Positions 12,646 through 24,488 of a stretch of 64,000 nt of DNA are shown here, one piece after another. The DNA is from Penicillus capitatus (taxonomy: Eukaryota > Plantae > Chlorophyta). The translations under genes were made by a program, and so were the position numbers. The notes under the pieces were generated by a model, which searched no databases, was not told where the DNA came from, and worked only from the letters and a program-made list of their open reading frames with translations. Location: contig OZ287694.1 of assembly GCA_965649825.1 (NCBI GenBank), positions 2,430,902 to 2,494,901 of the forward strand, read 5' to 3'. How positions within the stretch are numbered: the first letter of the stretch is position 1; every line of letters starts with the position of its first letter.

Positions 12646-14364
12646 TCACGATGATTTCTCCATTTCGAGCGTTTCCATTTTCCTTCCACCGTATTCCGAA
12701 TCGTCATCTCTTGTCTCGCCACTTGCATTCTGTACCGTCGTCATCTCTGATGACATGGCATGGTCTTCCACGGCACGAGAGCTACTGCCTTGGGCACCAC
12801 TCTCTTTCAACAGTGACTGCGTGGCATCATCCTCCTCCTCCGTATCCAATCTCTTTAGCTGCGTTCCTTTCTTCCACCTAATAGACAGATCATCTCTTTC
12901 GCCTCGGCGCCGCCACAGCTGACGCCGCTCACTTATGCGAGAGCTTGGCAGGAGATCTCAGAATCTTGCCCATTTGCTGGATGGCACCGGAAGTCACGTT
13001 CGCCACTTGCTCTTTGCTTCGAGACATACCGTCTTCGAAATGATCTAAAGCGATAGACATTGCCACAATGTGATCTCGTGCTGTTGGTCTGCAGGGAATA
13101 CTTGAGACGTCTTCCACGACATCCCGGACGTCCAACATGGTGACCACGTTCTTGAGGAACCCGTCCCCAGGTTCGTTCTCGTCCATATAGTCCTTCGGTG
13201 GGAAAGCATAGGCGAAGAGCAGAGCCGCAAAGAACATCTCCACACATATACAGAAATCTTGAACGCCAGCAGAGACGTCATCGGTATCGTAAGTCGTCCA
13301 CTTCTCCATTTTGATGATTCCAAACGATAAGACGATCGAGATGGCGATGGACTGCCAGAAGGTGAGGAAGACAATGGCCTTGATCAAGAGAAACTTGGCG
13401 ACGGGCCGAATGGGGTTGAGATCTTCATAAGTGGCACGGTAGAACATAACGAGGCAATAGATCGCCCATATCTGCGAGAAGTTGTTGACGAGAAAGATCC
13501 AAAACCACACCCCTTTCACAGATCCGACACAGTAGAATCCCCATGCCTCACCAAACATTCCGACGCCTGCCAGCAGCGGCCTCAGAATCACGTAATTCAG
13601 AATTCCCTACGCGTCGCATCACACGTCCCATCACCATGGCCGGCCACCCAATCGATTCGCCTTACCTTTTTGCACTCCCACAGATAGTCTCGTCCCATCT
13701 GCCACCGCCGACAGAACAGCTGAAACCCCCAGATGTGTTCCAACTGGTCATGCCTTTCGAGATGATCATCCAGATCTCCCACCTAGGCGTCACGATTTGC
13801 AACCGCTCTTCTCTGCAGGGAGGGGCGACTTTGTGGGTGAGGTAGGCGACGAGATAACAGTAGAAGCTGTAGATGACGAATGCTTCATAGCATTCTCGTA
13901 AGGGATCGACGTAGACGTGTGCGTGGAAGAATCTCAGCGATAGCCAGGCGTCCAGGGAATAGATAGGTACCATCAGACTGATCCGAATGACATACTTCTG
14001 CAAATCTGGCCGGGAGTAGTAAGCCAAGTGCATGGCCACCTAAGGACGCCGTCTTCGACTCGTTTATTTTGAGCAAAGATGTCACACTTCGTAAATGGAG
14101 ACAGGAAGTGTGAGAAAGACAAAAATTCCGCCATAGAACCACGCTAGAATGGGATTGTTCAACTCTTGAGAGAAGAGACGAAAAGTGTGACCTTGGTATC
14201 GAACGGAGAAACCTGTGCTCGAGAATTTCCAGACGATAGCCGGGAAAGCAATTAAGACCATCAACACCAGAACAGCCCAGAGCTGCGAGGAAAGAAGTCA
14301 GCGTCAAAGAGGGAGGGTTCAACGGGAATACCCAACGCAGGACGCGTCGAGCCGGATAGACCAT
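12646..14364 (-). CDS. TMEM184/LAZ1 family (organic solute transporter alpha-like) membrane protein; multi-exon
   Basis: AWFYGGIFVFLTLPVSIYEVAMHLAYYSRPDLQKYVIRISLMVPIYS, PLRECYEAFVIYSF, KFLLIKAIVFLTFWQS, QDFCICVEMFFAAL. Confidence 0.9.
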
Positions 14365-15124
14365 AGGACACTTGTCTTGGAAGCACAGAAAGGCAATGAG
14401 AATCCGAGAATGTTCGAAAATGAGAAATGCAGCGGCCGCGTGTAAGACGCCTCCTCAATGGCCGCGTATCCGACAGAGGGAAAGCGGTTCCCAAATCGAG
14501 CAACGGAAGAGACGCCGAGCAAACCGCCGGAGCTGTATGGACTGTCTACGAGCGACGGCTGCTTCGATGGGCAAATCCGTAGAAGGATGGGGACAGTCTT
14601 GAGGTCTTTTTCTCGACTGTGCTTCGTTTCTGTCTTGTGGACGCGAGTCGCGCCGCCTTAGAACGCGTTCACCTGTCAATGGATCACTGCAAAGAACGTC
14701 TAACGAAGAGAGCGAACAGAAAAGTGAGCGTTCGAGTATCTATTCTTGGAATTGTTCATCAAGGCGCATCGTGCTCGAGTAGAGAGGGTCTTTGCACAGG
14801 TCGGTGGACCTTCAGTCACATCAGAGTCGTGTGCAGATCTGAGGAGACAATAGTTCGTCCCTCCATCCGGATGGCGTTGATGGTACAGGAATGGCACAGC
14901 CTGCACCCATGTCACCACAACAGAAGACCGCGTAGCGAGCGTTGTTTGATGTGACCCATAGGAGTCAGAAACGCAGCATCTCATCTCCTGGACATATTGG
15001 TTACACCGTAGGCATCTCGAGAGGTATCGTCATCATCTTAAAAACCACATCCGCAGCACTTGCTAAGTACCGATCACAGAACGACCGGCCAGATCTGTTT
15101 CGTGTGTGTCTCCTAGAGTGGCCC

Positions 15125-15499
15125 TCAGTCATTGACGAAGGCGGTTTTCTGTTTGGCTGGGATCGAATCTGGATTTTGTCGGAGGCGTTTCATGTCGTCT
15201 TCGTGCACGGGGAGGCATTTGTTGCGACACATCATGTGACATTCGAAGCCCAAGGGATGCAGTCGTTGCTTCAGCTCTGTATAAGCTTCGGCCGTCATGC
15301 CGCTCACGGTGTAGTACAGAATGAGTGGCGACGAATCGACGACACGCTGTATCTTCTTCGTATTCAGACTTCGATTCAGCTTGCGCACGAAATCCAACTT
15401 CGACATGGAAACGTCCGTCTATCACGACTCTGCCGTCTGGACACGGAGACTCGAGAAATGACGATAATGTGGAAAATGGCGGCGAATGGCGAGACGCAT
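15125..15499 (-). CDS. Probable mitochondrial ribosomal protein uL10-like; 3' end uncertain (alternative stop at 15001 if a 40-nt intron is used)
   Basis: MRLAIRRHFPHYRHFSSLR (mito-targeting-like) joins via a 45-nt GT-AG intron to LDFVRK...VVDSSPLILYYTVSGMTAEAYTELKQRLHPLGFECHMMCRNK, which fits the uL10 N-terminal pattern. The C-terminal half is not clearly recognisable. Confidence 0.5.
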
Positions 15500-15723
15500 C
15501 GACGACGGCCGCCGTCGATGATCGTCCATCACATCCTTCTGACATCGACAATACTCAGCAACATGTGGCGGCGTCGATCTTTGCCGCGCGATCGCGTTCG
15601 CGGCGACGACATCGCTCGCAATCAAAGCAGCCGTTAATATTTATACTTTCTTCAAAAACGCTTGCTTCATTTGACGCCGTTTGATGTTCCGTTATCAAAT
15701 ACATGTCGATGCTCCCACCCTTT

Positions 15724-16451
15724 TTACTTGTTCATCATGTTGATGGGGCGAACGCCTTGATGTCTCTCTTTGCTCAGACGATCGGCCAGTTTCCAAAGCG
15801 ATTCCTTCTTTCCATTCGCCACTCGACGCATACGTTCCACTGCTTGAATCGCAGCTTCCTCTTTTCCAAGCACACTGATCTGCATCTCCACTTCATCGGC
15901 AATAATCTTGCGTCTCCGTACAGCCGTCCTCAGTTTGTGACTCACAGCTCTTTGGCCTTTATACTTATGAGAGCGCGTCAACTCACGCAGTCCAGGCAAT
16001 GCGCCAGATGCCGTCTTTACCTCCTTCGTATACTCGATGTAGACATCCTGGACCCCCATATCTGCCATACCTGTCTGAGGAAATGGGATAGGCATGGGAT
16101 CGAGAACACACCTCTCATGTCTCTGAGGCGTGTAAGAAGGCAGGATGGATGATCACGTTCGTGAACGAGTGGAGATTGCAGGGCAGGAAGGAAGAGTGTG
16201 TCTGTTGGGATGGGTTCTGCTCCCGCGTCCTTTTCTTTAAAGTCCGAAATTAGCCAGATGAGGTGATCGAGTTTGTCATTGATCAGGGTGACAGAGTGTT
16301 TAACCTCTGCCATGTCTTTCTCGATTCTGTACCTCCATTCCGCATCGCTATAGTCTGTCGCGGTGAACGACCCGTCCATTTGAGGCGAGTGATGTGACGT
16401 CACGCTGCTCGCGGGTAGAAACGACAGGGATGACGCTGCCCCATTACACAT
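15724..16451 (-). CDS. Coiled-coil + GCR1_C-like DNA-binding domain protein; 2 exons
   Basis: WRYRIEKDMAEVKHSVTLINDKLDHL (coiled coil), 41-nt intron, then GVQDVYIEY..LPGLREL..RRRKIIADEV..GKEEAAIQAVERMR..SLWKLADRL, resembling the GCR1_C consensus. Confidence 0.6.
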
Positions 16452-17203
16452 CGGGATCAGAAGAGAAACGATGTCACCTACCAGCCACCGTTCAGAAAAG
16501 CACGAGAGAAAAACCGAAAGCAAGATAGAGAATGTTCTCACGGATACGTATGGCAATAAGACGGGTGGAATAGAGATCTGATCGATTCTCCAGGAATAAC
16601 ACTTGTTGGATGACAGCTGCTTAGGAGCTTCCCCAGGAGAGGATGATGCGACTTTACAGCATTGCACTGGAGGACGATGCTTGCCATAACATCACACAAG
16701 CATGCATGAACAAAGGGCACTTCCTGACGCTTTTAGAGGACATGATCTTGTGGATCATTCGAGAAATGAAAACGCGATGGGCGAAGAATGAAACTGTCTG
16801 CTTATGGACAACATACAACACCATCCAACAGCCATTCCTAGCAAGATTATTTATCCTTAAGATCGTTGCTGGCCGGTTTTAGAGAATGAGATCCGCTATC
16901 GATAGGATATGGGTATGCAGCGAGACGTTAACGTGCCCTTGATGTCGACAGCGACGGGGCCAGTCCAACAAGCTATGACACGTGCATGCTTCGGTTGGAG
17001 CTGGGCGAATGTTTTTGATCCACTCCATCCAAAGATGCGCGTACGGTCCGGCGGCGGATACGCAGCAGCGCGGTCTGACATTGTAGCGATTCTCCTGCTT
17101 CCTCCGCCAACCGTCACTTAATTAAGCGGCTCAGTTTGACCGCTGTTCTATTTCTATTCGCGTTTGTCTTTGCCTTCGTCGTTTTGGACTTCATTCTCAC
17201 GAC

Positions 17204-18425
17204 ATGTCGTCGTTGTGCGGCACTGATTGCGCTTCATGTGGTTGTCTCGAAGACAAGAACGACAAGCGCGTGGTCGCCATTCCCCAGCCACCGCAATTGT
17301 CTGGCGAACAAGACGACTGCCCCATCGCTGTCCGTCGTTATTTAGAACGGATAAACGGGTTGAGCACAGAAGAATGCATGGAGAGAGGATTGAGTTTCCA
17401 TCCCAAAGCGGACGATGTTCTCCTGACAACGGGTTCCAAGTGCGGAACGGCATGGACGCAACAAATAGTGCACGGTCTTCGGTCTGGCGGAGACATGGAT
17501 TTCGACGACGTCGACGCCATTATTCCATTCCTGGAATACTACTGCGATCAAGACGATCAAGCAGAACTGGAATGCACCCAACCATACGCACCGCCACGAC
17601 TCTTCAAGACGCATATTACCTACGATGCGACCCCGCAAGGATTCGGCAAATATATCTTCGTGACTAGGTGCGTTTCGCATCAGGTGCTTTCGCCAGGGAG
17701 CTAAAGTGATGAGGTGCTTTACAGGGATCCTAAGGACGCGGTTGTTTCCTTTTATTATTTTCATTGCGATTGGCTGTTCGAGGAAGATACCATCTCTTTG
17801 GACAGCTTTGTGGAATGGATGGTCATTCGTGACAATGTGCCCTACTCATCTTTGGCCAACGCTACTCAACTTCAGCACATGAGTAAAGCAAAATACCCAT
17901 CACTATCGGCTCTTCACTTGTGGCCTGCAGTGTCGTGGTTCCCCTACCGCAAAGACGCAAATGTCTTGTGGCTGCACTACGAAGACATGAAGGAGGACTT
18001 GGCCTACTGCATCCGTCTCATTGCCGAGTTCCTCGATATCGCCGCCGACAATCCAAAACTGCAGAAGATCGTGGAGCAGCAGGTGATGCACTCTCTCTGA
18101 TATCTAACTCCTCTCTCTATGCCTTGTGTAGTCCACATTCGATTTTATGAAGAACCACAGGTCCAAGTTCGATGCTCACCGCATCAAGGCTGCCAGGAAC
18201 GAAGCCATGGGTCTGCCGCGCGACAGCGGAATGAAAGACAATAATGGCAGGGTCCGAAAGGGTCAGACGAAAGAGGGGATCAAGCTTCTCTCTGAAGACA
18301 TGAACCAGAAGATGGACGCCAAGTGGAAAAGCTTTGTCGAGCCCGTCGTCGGCTACAGCAGCTACGCAGAGATGCGCAGAGCCGTTAATAAAGAGCTCGG
18401 GAGAACCGTCGGTATGGACTGCTGA
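17204..18425 (+). CDS. SULT-family sulfotransferase, copy 2; 4 exons
   Basis: TTGSKCGTAW, RLFKTH, RDPKDAVVSFY, LWLHYEDMK, RVRKGQ. Confidence 0.9.
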
Positions 18426-18431
18426 GTACGT
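17931..18431 (+). repeat. Near-identical copy of 23754-24252 (3' half of sulfotransferase copies 2 and 4)
   Basis: Direct sequence comparison: exon 3, intron 3, most of exon 4 and bases after the stop match with only scattered differences. Confidence 0.9.
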
Positions 18432-19448
18432 AAAGATATTCTTTCCTTTTCTGCATCTGTTGCCGGAGTGATTTCATCCACCGAGCAGAGAACCACACGA
18501 TCCATCGAGCTGCTCTCTTTCGCAGGCAGCGGTGATCTTCAACGCGTAGAAAGTGTTCTTTTGCCGACAAAAGTCTCACGACGTCCTCTTTCCGTTAACA
18601 ATCTTAGCTTCAACTGCTCAAGGATGATCTATGACACTTCGTAGCGTTTAAGGAGATTGATGATGTGCATGATGCGTGCATGGGTCGGGTCGGGCGTCGT
18701 GACGGAGTCAATGGATACGGTTTGTGATACGATAGAGCGTCCCTTCCGTTGTGAAGAAGATCTGTACGCTTTCGATTGCATGCGTCGTATCTCCTCGCCG
18801 TTCGTCATCGACACCTCGGCTGTGTGGACAACTCGCCGACGTCTCGAATTCGCACTGCACGACGGTTCTTCGATCCGTCCCCTTCAATTCGCAGTTCCTT
18901 GACTCTCAGAAATCACCTCCGTTTCGCGCTTTGTTTATTGGCATGGAAGACGAAGGGGCGAACCCATGTGCTGTGCGCCGGTTTGATCTCTTCACGTGCT
19001 GCCTCGAGCAATGACTGGTCGTAGATTCAGTTTCCCGACGGAGACGAGGATTCGAGAGTATTTCGACGCCAGAGGCTCGAGCTACCAAGGTAAGCGTCAT
19101 GGCAGTATCCTTGACGCACTTGACTCGATCTCTATTTTTAGCTGCTCTGCAGCTGCTGCAGGCATCGCCACTCGCAAAGAGGCATAAGAAAAAGGACGGG
19201 AGCTCCTACGTCGAATGCAGAGCCCAGTGGTCTGTCTGTAACAGAAAATTCAAGATACACTATCTAAAGTGACATGACAGGGGTGATTGAACATTGCATA
19301 ACGAGAGTGTGTTGTCTACAGGCTGTGGTTTCTCGTAAAGATGGCGATGCGTTGCGAGCTGTGGTCATGGGAGAAGCTTGCGAGAGATTCGTGGGACGCG
19401 TGCCCGAACATCGAAATCCATCAACGAAATCTGAGACGCCACTTTGAG

Positions 19449-20974
19449 ATGGCAGACGCTTTGGGCCTCGAGCAGCTCGTCGGCGATTCCTTCGTGCATT
19501 CAAACAACGACACGGCGCTCGAAGGCATCCTAGAAGGATACGCAAAAGAGCCTGCGCATGGTGTAACAGTCCAGGCCAAAGGTATGACCAAATGTTCAAC
19601 GCCTTGCCGTCTCTACTGTGGTATCAGGAGGTTTGATGGAGAGGCATGACATCTCCAGTCTCTACAAGAATAATTTGTTGCTTGGTATGGGGATCAATGC
19701 TCAGTGCTTGTATTCGGATACGTCTGACCTCTTGCCGTTTGCCACCGGAGAAGACAATGAGAGAGAAGCCCATGTGCAGCGAACGATGTCTGAGATACTG
19801 CAACGCATTGCTGACAGAGAGAGTACCTTTGAGCAGACGGTCCGTCTGAAGAATCTCTTCTTGGTACGTCATTGTCCTTCCTCAGCACCGATGTGGAGAT
19901 CGCTTCATGCAGCTCTGGTTGGATTCTGCGCAACCTTGCCTGTTCAAAGTCGGCGGATGTCTCGTGGCCAGTCCCGACAACGTCTATCGGTTTCTAAAGG
20001 CCTTGGAAGAGGGTTTCGTATGGCTCAGTGGTACGGAGCCGTCGATTGTCGAAGTTCTGACCGGGAGATGTGCGAAGCCAGATTTGACACCGAGGAAGAA
20101 GACCCTTTTGCGTTCTGGATACGGACACAAGTATCTGACAGGACTCAACGAGCTGTACAGAGATCAACAGGCTTTGCTCGGCATCCAGTCTGTACAGAGC
20201 ATCAGATCCGATCCCAGAATTGGAGCGTGGGAATGGTCATTGAAGCAAAACGACCAGAAACACATAACGGCAGAGGGCGGAGGATCTCAGCCACAGCTCT
20301 CTCCTGCAGAAGCCTCCCCCATGGACCCCGATGCCATGAATCCTGAACCCTTCTGGATGAATATGGATCCTCCGCCGACGCAACGCAATCTGGTGCTCGA
20401 AATGATGCAGAAGGTGCTGGAGGACATCGAAAGTCTAAAGGCTGCTCAAGGTTCCTTGCATGCAAAGATGGACCGTCTATTGCGTCTGCTTGACACCGAC
20501 ACGGCGTCCAGATCTGGAACAGAACAGGAGAGAGCAAGTGGCACACCAGATGTTTCCTCTGGCGGATTTGAGTATGCCTCTCTGTCGAGTCTCAGGAAAC
20601 TGAGTTCCATGAGTATGGAAGATCTGGTTCAGGAATGGACGGTCGGGTGCACATACCGAGGGCAGAAGTTGGGTCCGCTCTCGCACTTTGATCAGCTCAG
20701 GATCGATGGACTGGTGCAATACAATAAGTCGATCAAATCATCCCTGCTCATAAGGAGAACGCTTTTCAGTTTCTTCAGAGAGGTCTTTGCGCATGTGGGA
20801 TCGCGCGAAGAAGCCATCCACCGAATAGACGATGTTCAGAGATCTCTGGGGAAAGATGGGGAGCCCGTTTCGCTGTATGGTCTTTACAAACACGTCAGGA
20901 AATGCAGGAAGAACAGAGTACCTTCTTTCTTTGAACCAGGAAGATCTGGCGAGATCTCCCGAACCCAACCTTAA
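19449..20974 (+). CDS. Crypton-derived protein: Crypton/Ndc10-like N-terminal domain + coiled coil + GCR1_C-like domain, no recombinase catalytic core; 3 exons (in-frame upstream ATG at 19341)
   Basis: Introns 19582-19627 and 19864-19912. RESTFEQ..LFLLWLD..FKVGGCLVASPDNVYRFL..KYLTGLNELYRDQQALLG..RSDPRI resembles the CryptonF N-terminus. MEDLVQEWTVG..GPL..IRRTLF..GSREEAIHRID..SLYGLYK resembles GCR1_C. Confidence 0.62.
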
Positions 20975-21461
20975 CAGTATCGCCCCATCGTCTTATGTCT
21001 TGCACGAATAATGCGCCTGAGCATTCGATCCAGTGACGGCACGATTGTAAGAATGCCCAAGACGGGTAACAGCAGCTGTATTTGGAGCCCAACTGCATCC
21101 GTCACGCGGCACCATACCGGATCGACACGCAATGCATGAAGAGTCGTTGGCAGGCCTGACGGATCTCACTCATGCCGAGCTGTAGAGGCAGGACCTGTCG
21201 TGAGAGAGGGAGTTGCTATGGGTTTGTGCATTGTCTGCAGCGATTCTCACGGTCGTCGTCTGTCGTGGTTTCTTAATGGAGGTCGACGGTGAAGTCTCTA
21301 GCCGTACGCCAACAGACGTCGCTTTCGTCGGTTAAATCTCTGCCTTTGCCCAATCGCCTCGATGAGCGAACGTAGACGGAAGTCTACGACATCGGTGGTT
21401 TCATTCACCGCGTTGTCACGGACCATAAACATCTTTCGCGTCATTCGCAGCACACAAGACG

Positions 21462-22589
21462 ATGTCTACGCCCGACAACGGGGAGTGTTCGCTGGGTCTT
21501 CTGAAATTCTTTGAACGTTCCCGTGGACTGCTCAATCGCGAGGCGTTGATGAAGGGACTGCGATTTCAACCTCGGCCCAGCGATGTCCTGTTGACGACGG
21601 GGCCCAAGAGCGGCACCGTCTGGGTGCAGCACATTCTGCACGGGCTCCGTTCTGGAGGGGACGTCGATTTCGACGAGATCGACACAGTCTTTCCATTTGT
21701 CGAGCTGTACTATGGATACAACGACCAAGGCGACCTGGATGCCGCACAGCCCTTTGAGCCGCCACGATTCTTCAGAATGCATGCCGATTACGAACAGACA
21801 CCCGGATTCAACAAACGCATCGTCGTAACAAGGTCATCCATCCCCCTTCATCCTCGCTCCCCTCATCCTGTCTTCTCAGAGATCCTAAGGATGTGATCGT
21901 ATCGGCCTATTTCTTTTTCAAGGAATGGCTGTTGGACGAGGAGGTCTCGGTGGATGAGTTCGCGGAGTGGATGTTTGTGAAGGAAGGCGTCACACTTACG
22001 CCCTTTGCCAATGCTCCAAATCTGAAACATTTGAGTGAGACGCCGCCACAGATATGTGTCGACAGTTATGTATTGCCGGCTTCTGTAGTCTCTTGGTTTC
22101 CACACCGTGGCGATGACAACGTCTTGTGGCTGCACTACGAGGATTTGAAGGAAGACCTAACGGGCTGCATACATCTCATCGCGAAGTTTCTCGATCTGGG
22201 GGCGAATGACGCGGAGCTGCTGAAGCGTGTGGAGCAGCAGGTAACATTCCGCCCATCGGTCACCGTTTCCATACGTTGTGTGTATGTGCATCCAGGCTTC
22301 GTTGGACTTCATGAAAAAGCATCATACCAAGTTTGATTCGCATCATGTTAAGATCGCCTTGAATGAAGCTCTCGGTGTGCCACGGGATCGTGGAATCGGC
22401 AACTGTAAGGGAAGAGTTCGGAGTGGACAGACGAAGGAGAGTGCGAAGTTTCTGTCAAAAGAAACGCGTGAGAAGATGGATGCAAAGTGGAAGACACTGG
22501 TCGAGCCTGTCGTGGGATACGGCAGCTATGAGGAGATGCGAAGGGCTGTCAATGCAGAACTCGGAAGACGTGTCGGCGAGGAGAGCTAG
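21462..22589 (+). CDS. SULT-family sulfotransferase, copy 3; 4 exons
   Basis: TTGPKSGTVW, RFFRMH, RDPKDVIVSAY, LWLHYEDLK, RVRSGQ. Confidence 0.9.
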
Positions 22590-23085
22590 CTGTCTTCCTA
22601 TCTGCCTTACCCTGATCGATTATTTCGCGTTGTCTGATGACTATGATGGTTTTGCGCATACCATATCGCAGTTGGATGTCTGGTGTTTCTGTGACTGTCA
22701 TGGAATGTGTGCGTTTCTTGTTTCGTGCTTGAAGTGTTTGAACATTTGTGGGAAGAGTAGATTCCTGCCAAACGTACGGCGGTCCGACGGGCGTATCCAG
22801 CGGCTGAAATGACGGTTTGGCGTTTTCGCATGGCCCTGTCTCGTTGAGAGGCATCTCCGTACTGACCTCGCGAAACGCTTCGGATAATCTCTTTCTGGAC
22901 GGCGCTCTTCCTGTTTCTTACCTGTCCGTTCTTCGCTTCTTTAACCGACTCTTCTTTGCATTCTCTGACGTGCTTTCGTTGGACGTCTTGCGAAGCAAAC
23001 AGACTTGCACCTACAAATTGGCATATATAGACTAGACCTGCAGAATCTTACGTAATCTGCAATCTCCGCCGTTTTATTCGCGAAG

Positions 23086-24246
23086 ATGCTGCCTCTTTTA
23101 ACCAACGTGACCACAGATGTCTTTTCCCCCGTAACATGCTCGTCCGCACTTCGAGCGTATTTTCAGCGTACAGGTGGATTGAGTACTAAGGAAGGCGTGG
23201 AAAAGGGACTGGCGTTTACACCCCGGGGTGACGATGTTCTCTTGTCGGTCGGCTCGAAATCGGGTATGACCTGGACGCAACAAATTGTCCACGGTCTTCG
23301 TTCTGGTGGAAACATGGACTTTGAAGACTTGGATACCATCATACCCTTTCTCGAATACTTTTACGCCCACAACACGGAGAACGATTTGGGCCAACACGCT
23401 CAACCGTATGCTCCACCCCGTCTGTTCAAAACGCAGGTTCGTCACGACTGGACACCGAAAGGATTCGGCAAGCAAATTGTCGTGACGCGGTAAGCGCATC
23501 GTCTTCGGGCGTCGTCGTTGCCGAACGTGTTTGTTTCACAGGGATCCCAAAGATTCCATCGTGTCGTTGTACTTCTTTCATCGCGATTGGCTCTTCGACG
23601 GAGAGGAGATTTCGTTGGACGACTTCGTCGAATGGGCAGTTATTCAAGAAGACGTTCAAGATGCGCCATACGCCAACGCCTATCACTTGAAACACCTGAG
23701 TCCGTACCGTTTTGATCTATGATTCCGCTTACTTAGCATCGCCTGCTTTTCAGTCTCGTGGTTTCCCTACCGCAAAGACGCGAATGTCTTGTGGCTGCAC
23801 TACGAAGACATGAAGGAAGACTTGGCCTACTGCATCCGTCTCATTGCCGAGTTCCTCGATATTGCCGCCGACAATCCAAAACTGCAGAAGATCGTGGAGC
23901 AGCAGGTGATGCACTCTCTTTGATATCTAACTCCTCTCTATGCCTTGTGCAGGCCACATTCGATTTCATGAAGAAGCATAAGTCCAAGTTCGATGCGCAT
24001 CGCATCAAGGCTGCCAGGAATGAAGCCATGGGTCTGCCGCGCGACAGCGGAATCAATGGCAACGTTGGAAGGATCCGAAAGGGTCAGACGAAAGAGGGGA
24101 TCAAGCTTCTTTCTGAGAACATGAACCAGAAGATGGACGCCAAGTGGAAGAGCTTTGTCCAGCCCGTCGTCGGCTACAGCAGCTACGCAGAGATGCGCAG
24201 AGCCGTTAATAAAGAGCTCGGGAGAACCGTCGGCATAGACTGCTGA
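23086..24246 (+). CDS. SULT-family sulfotransferase, copy 4 (catalytic His replaced by Gln); 4 exons
   Basis: SVGSKSGMTW, RLFKTQ, RDPKDSIVSLY, LWLHYEDMK, RIRKGQ. Confidence 0.88.
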
Positions 24247-24252
24247 GTACGT
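23754..24252 (+). repeat. Near-identical copy of 17931-18431
   Basis: Direct sequence comparison, including the shared intron. Confidence 0.9.
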
Positions 24253-24488
24253 TTCATCTGCAGATGATTCAAAGTGATCAAACCGCCAGATCGTTTTCTT
24301 ATTTCGCCGTAAACAGACGTTAACCAACACGCAGACGATACGCAGCCACTTTTAGATGAATCCCTCCGTATTCTTTTGACAAATCTGACGAGACGTTGAC
24401 GGTGATGTCGACATCACGGCCAGATGTAATACATCTGTTTTCGCTATCGCGATCAAACGCCTTCTTCCCGTGCGGTTCTCGTTGGGAG

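Noticed and set aside
18650-19340. Possible small spliced gene upstream of the Crypton-derived gene (good GTAAG donor near 19089)
   Set aside because: Several incompatible splice models give only short peptides with no recognisable homology; left uncalled.
18430-21450. Autonomous Crypton transposon
   Set aside because: No tyrosine-recombinase catalytic residues and no identifiable element termini.
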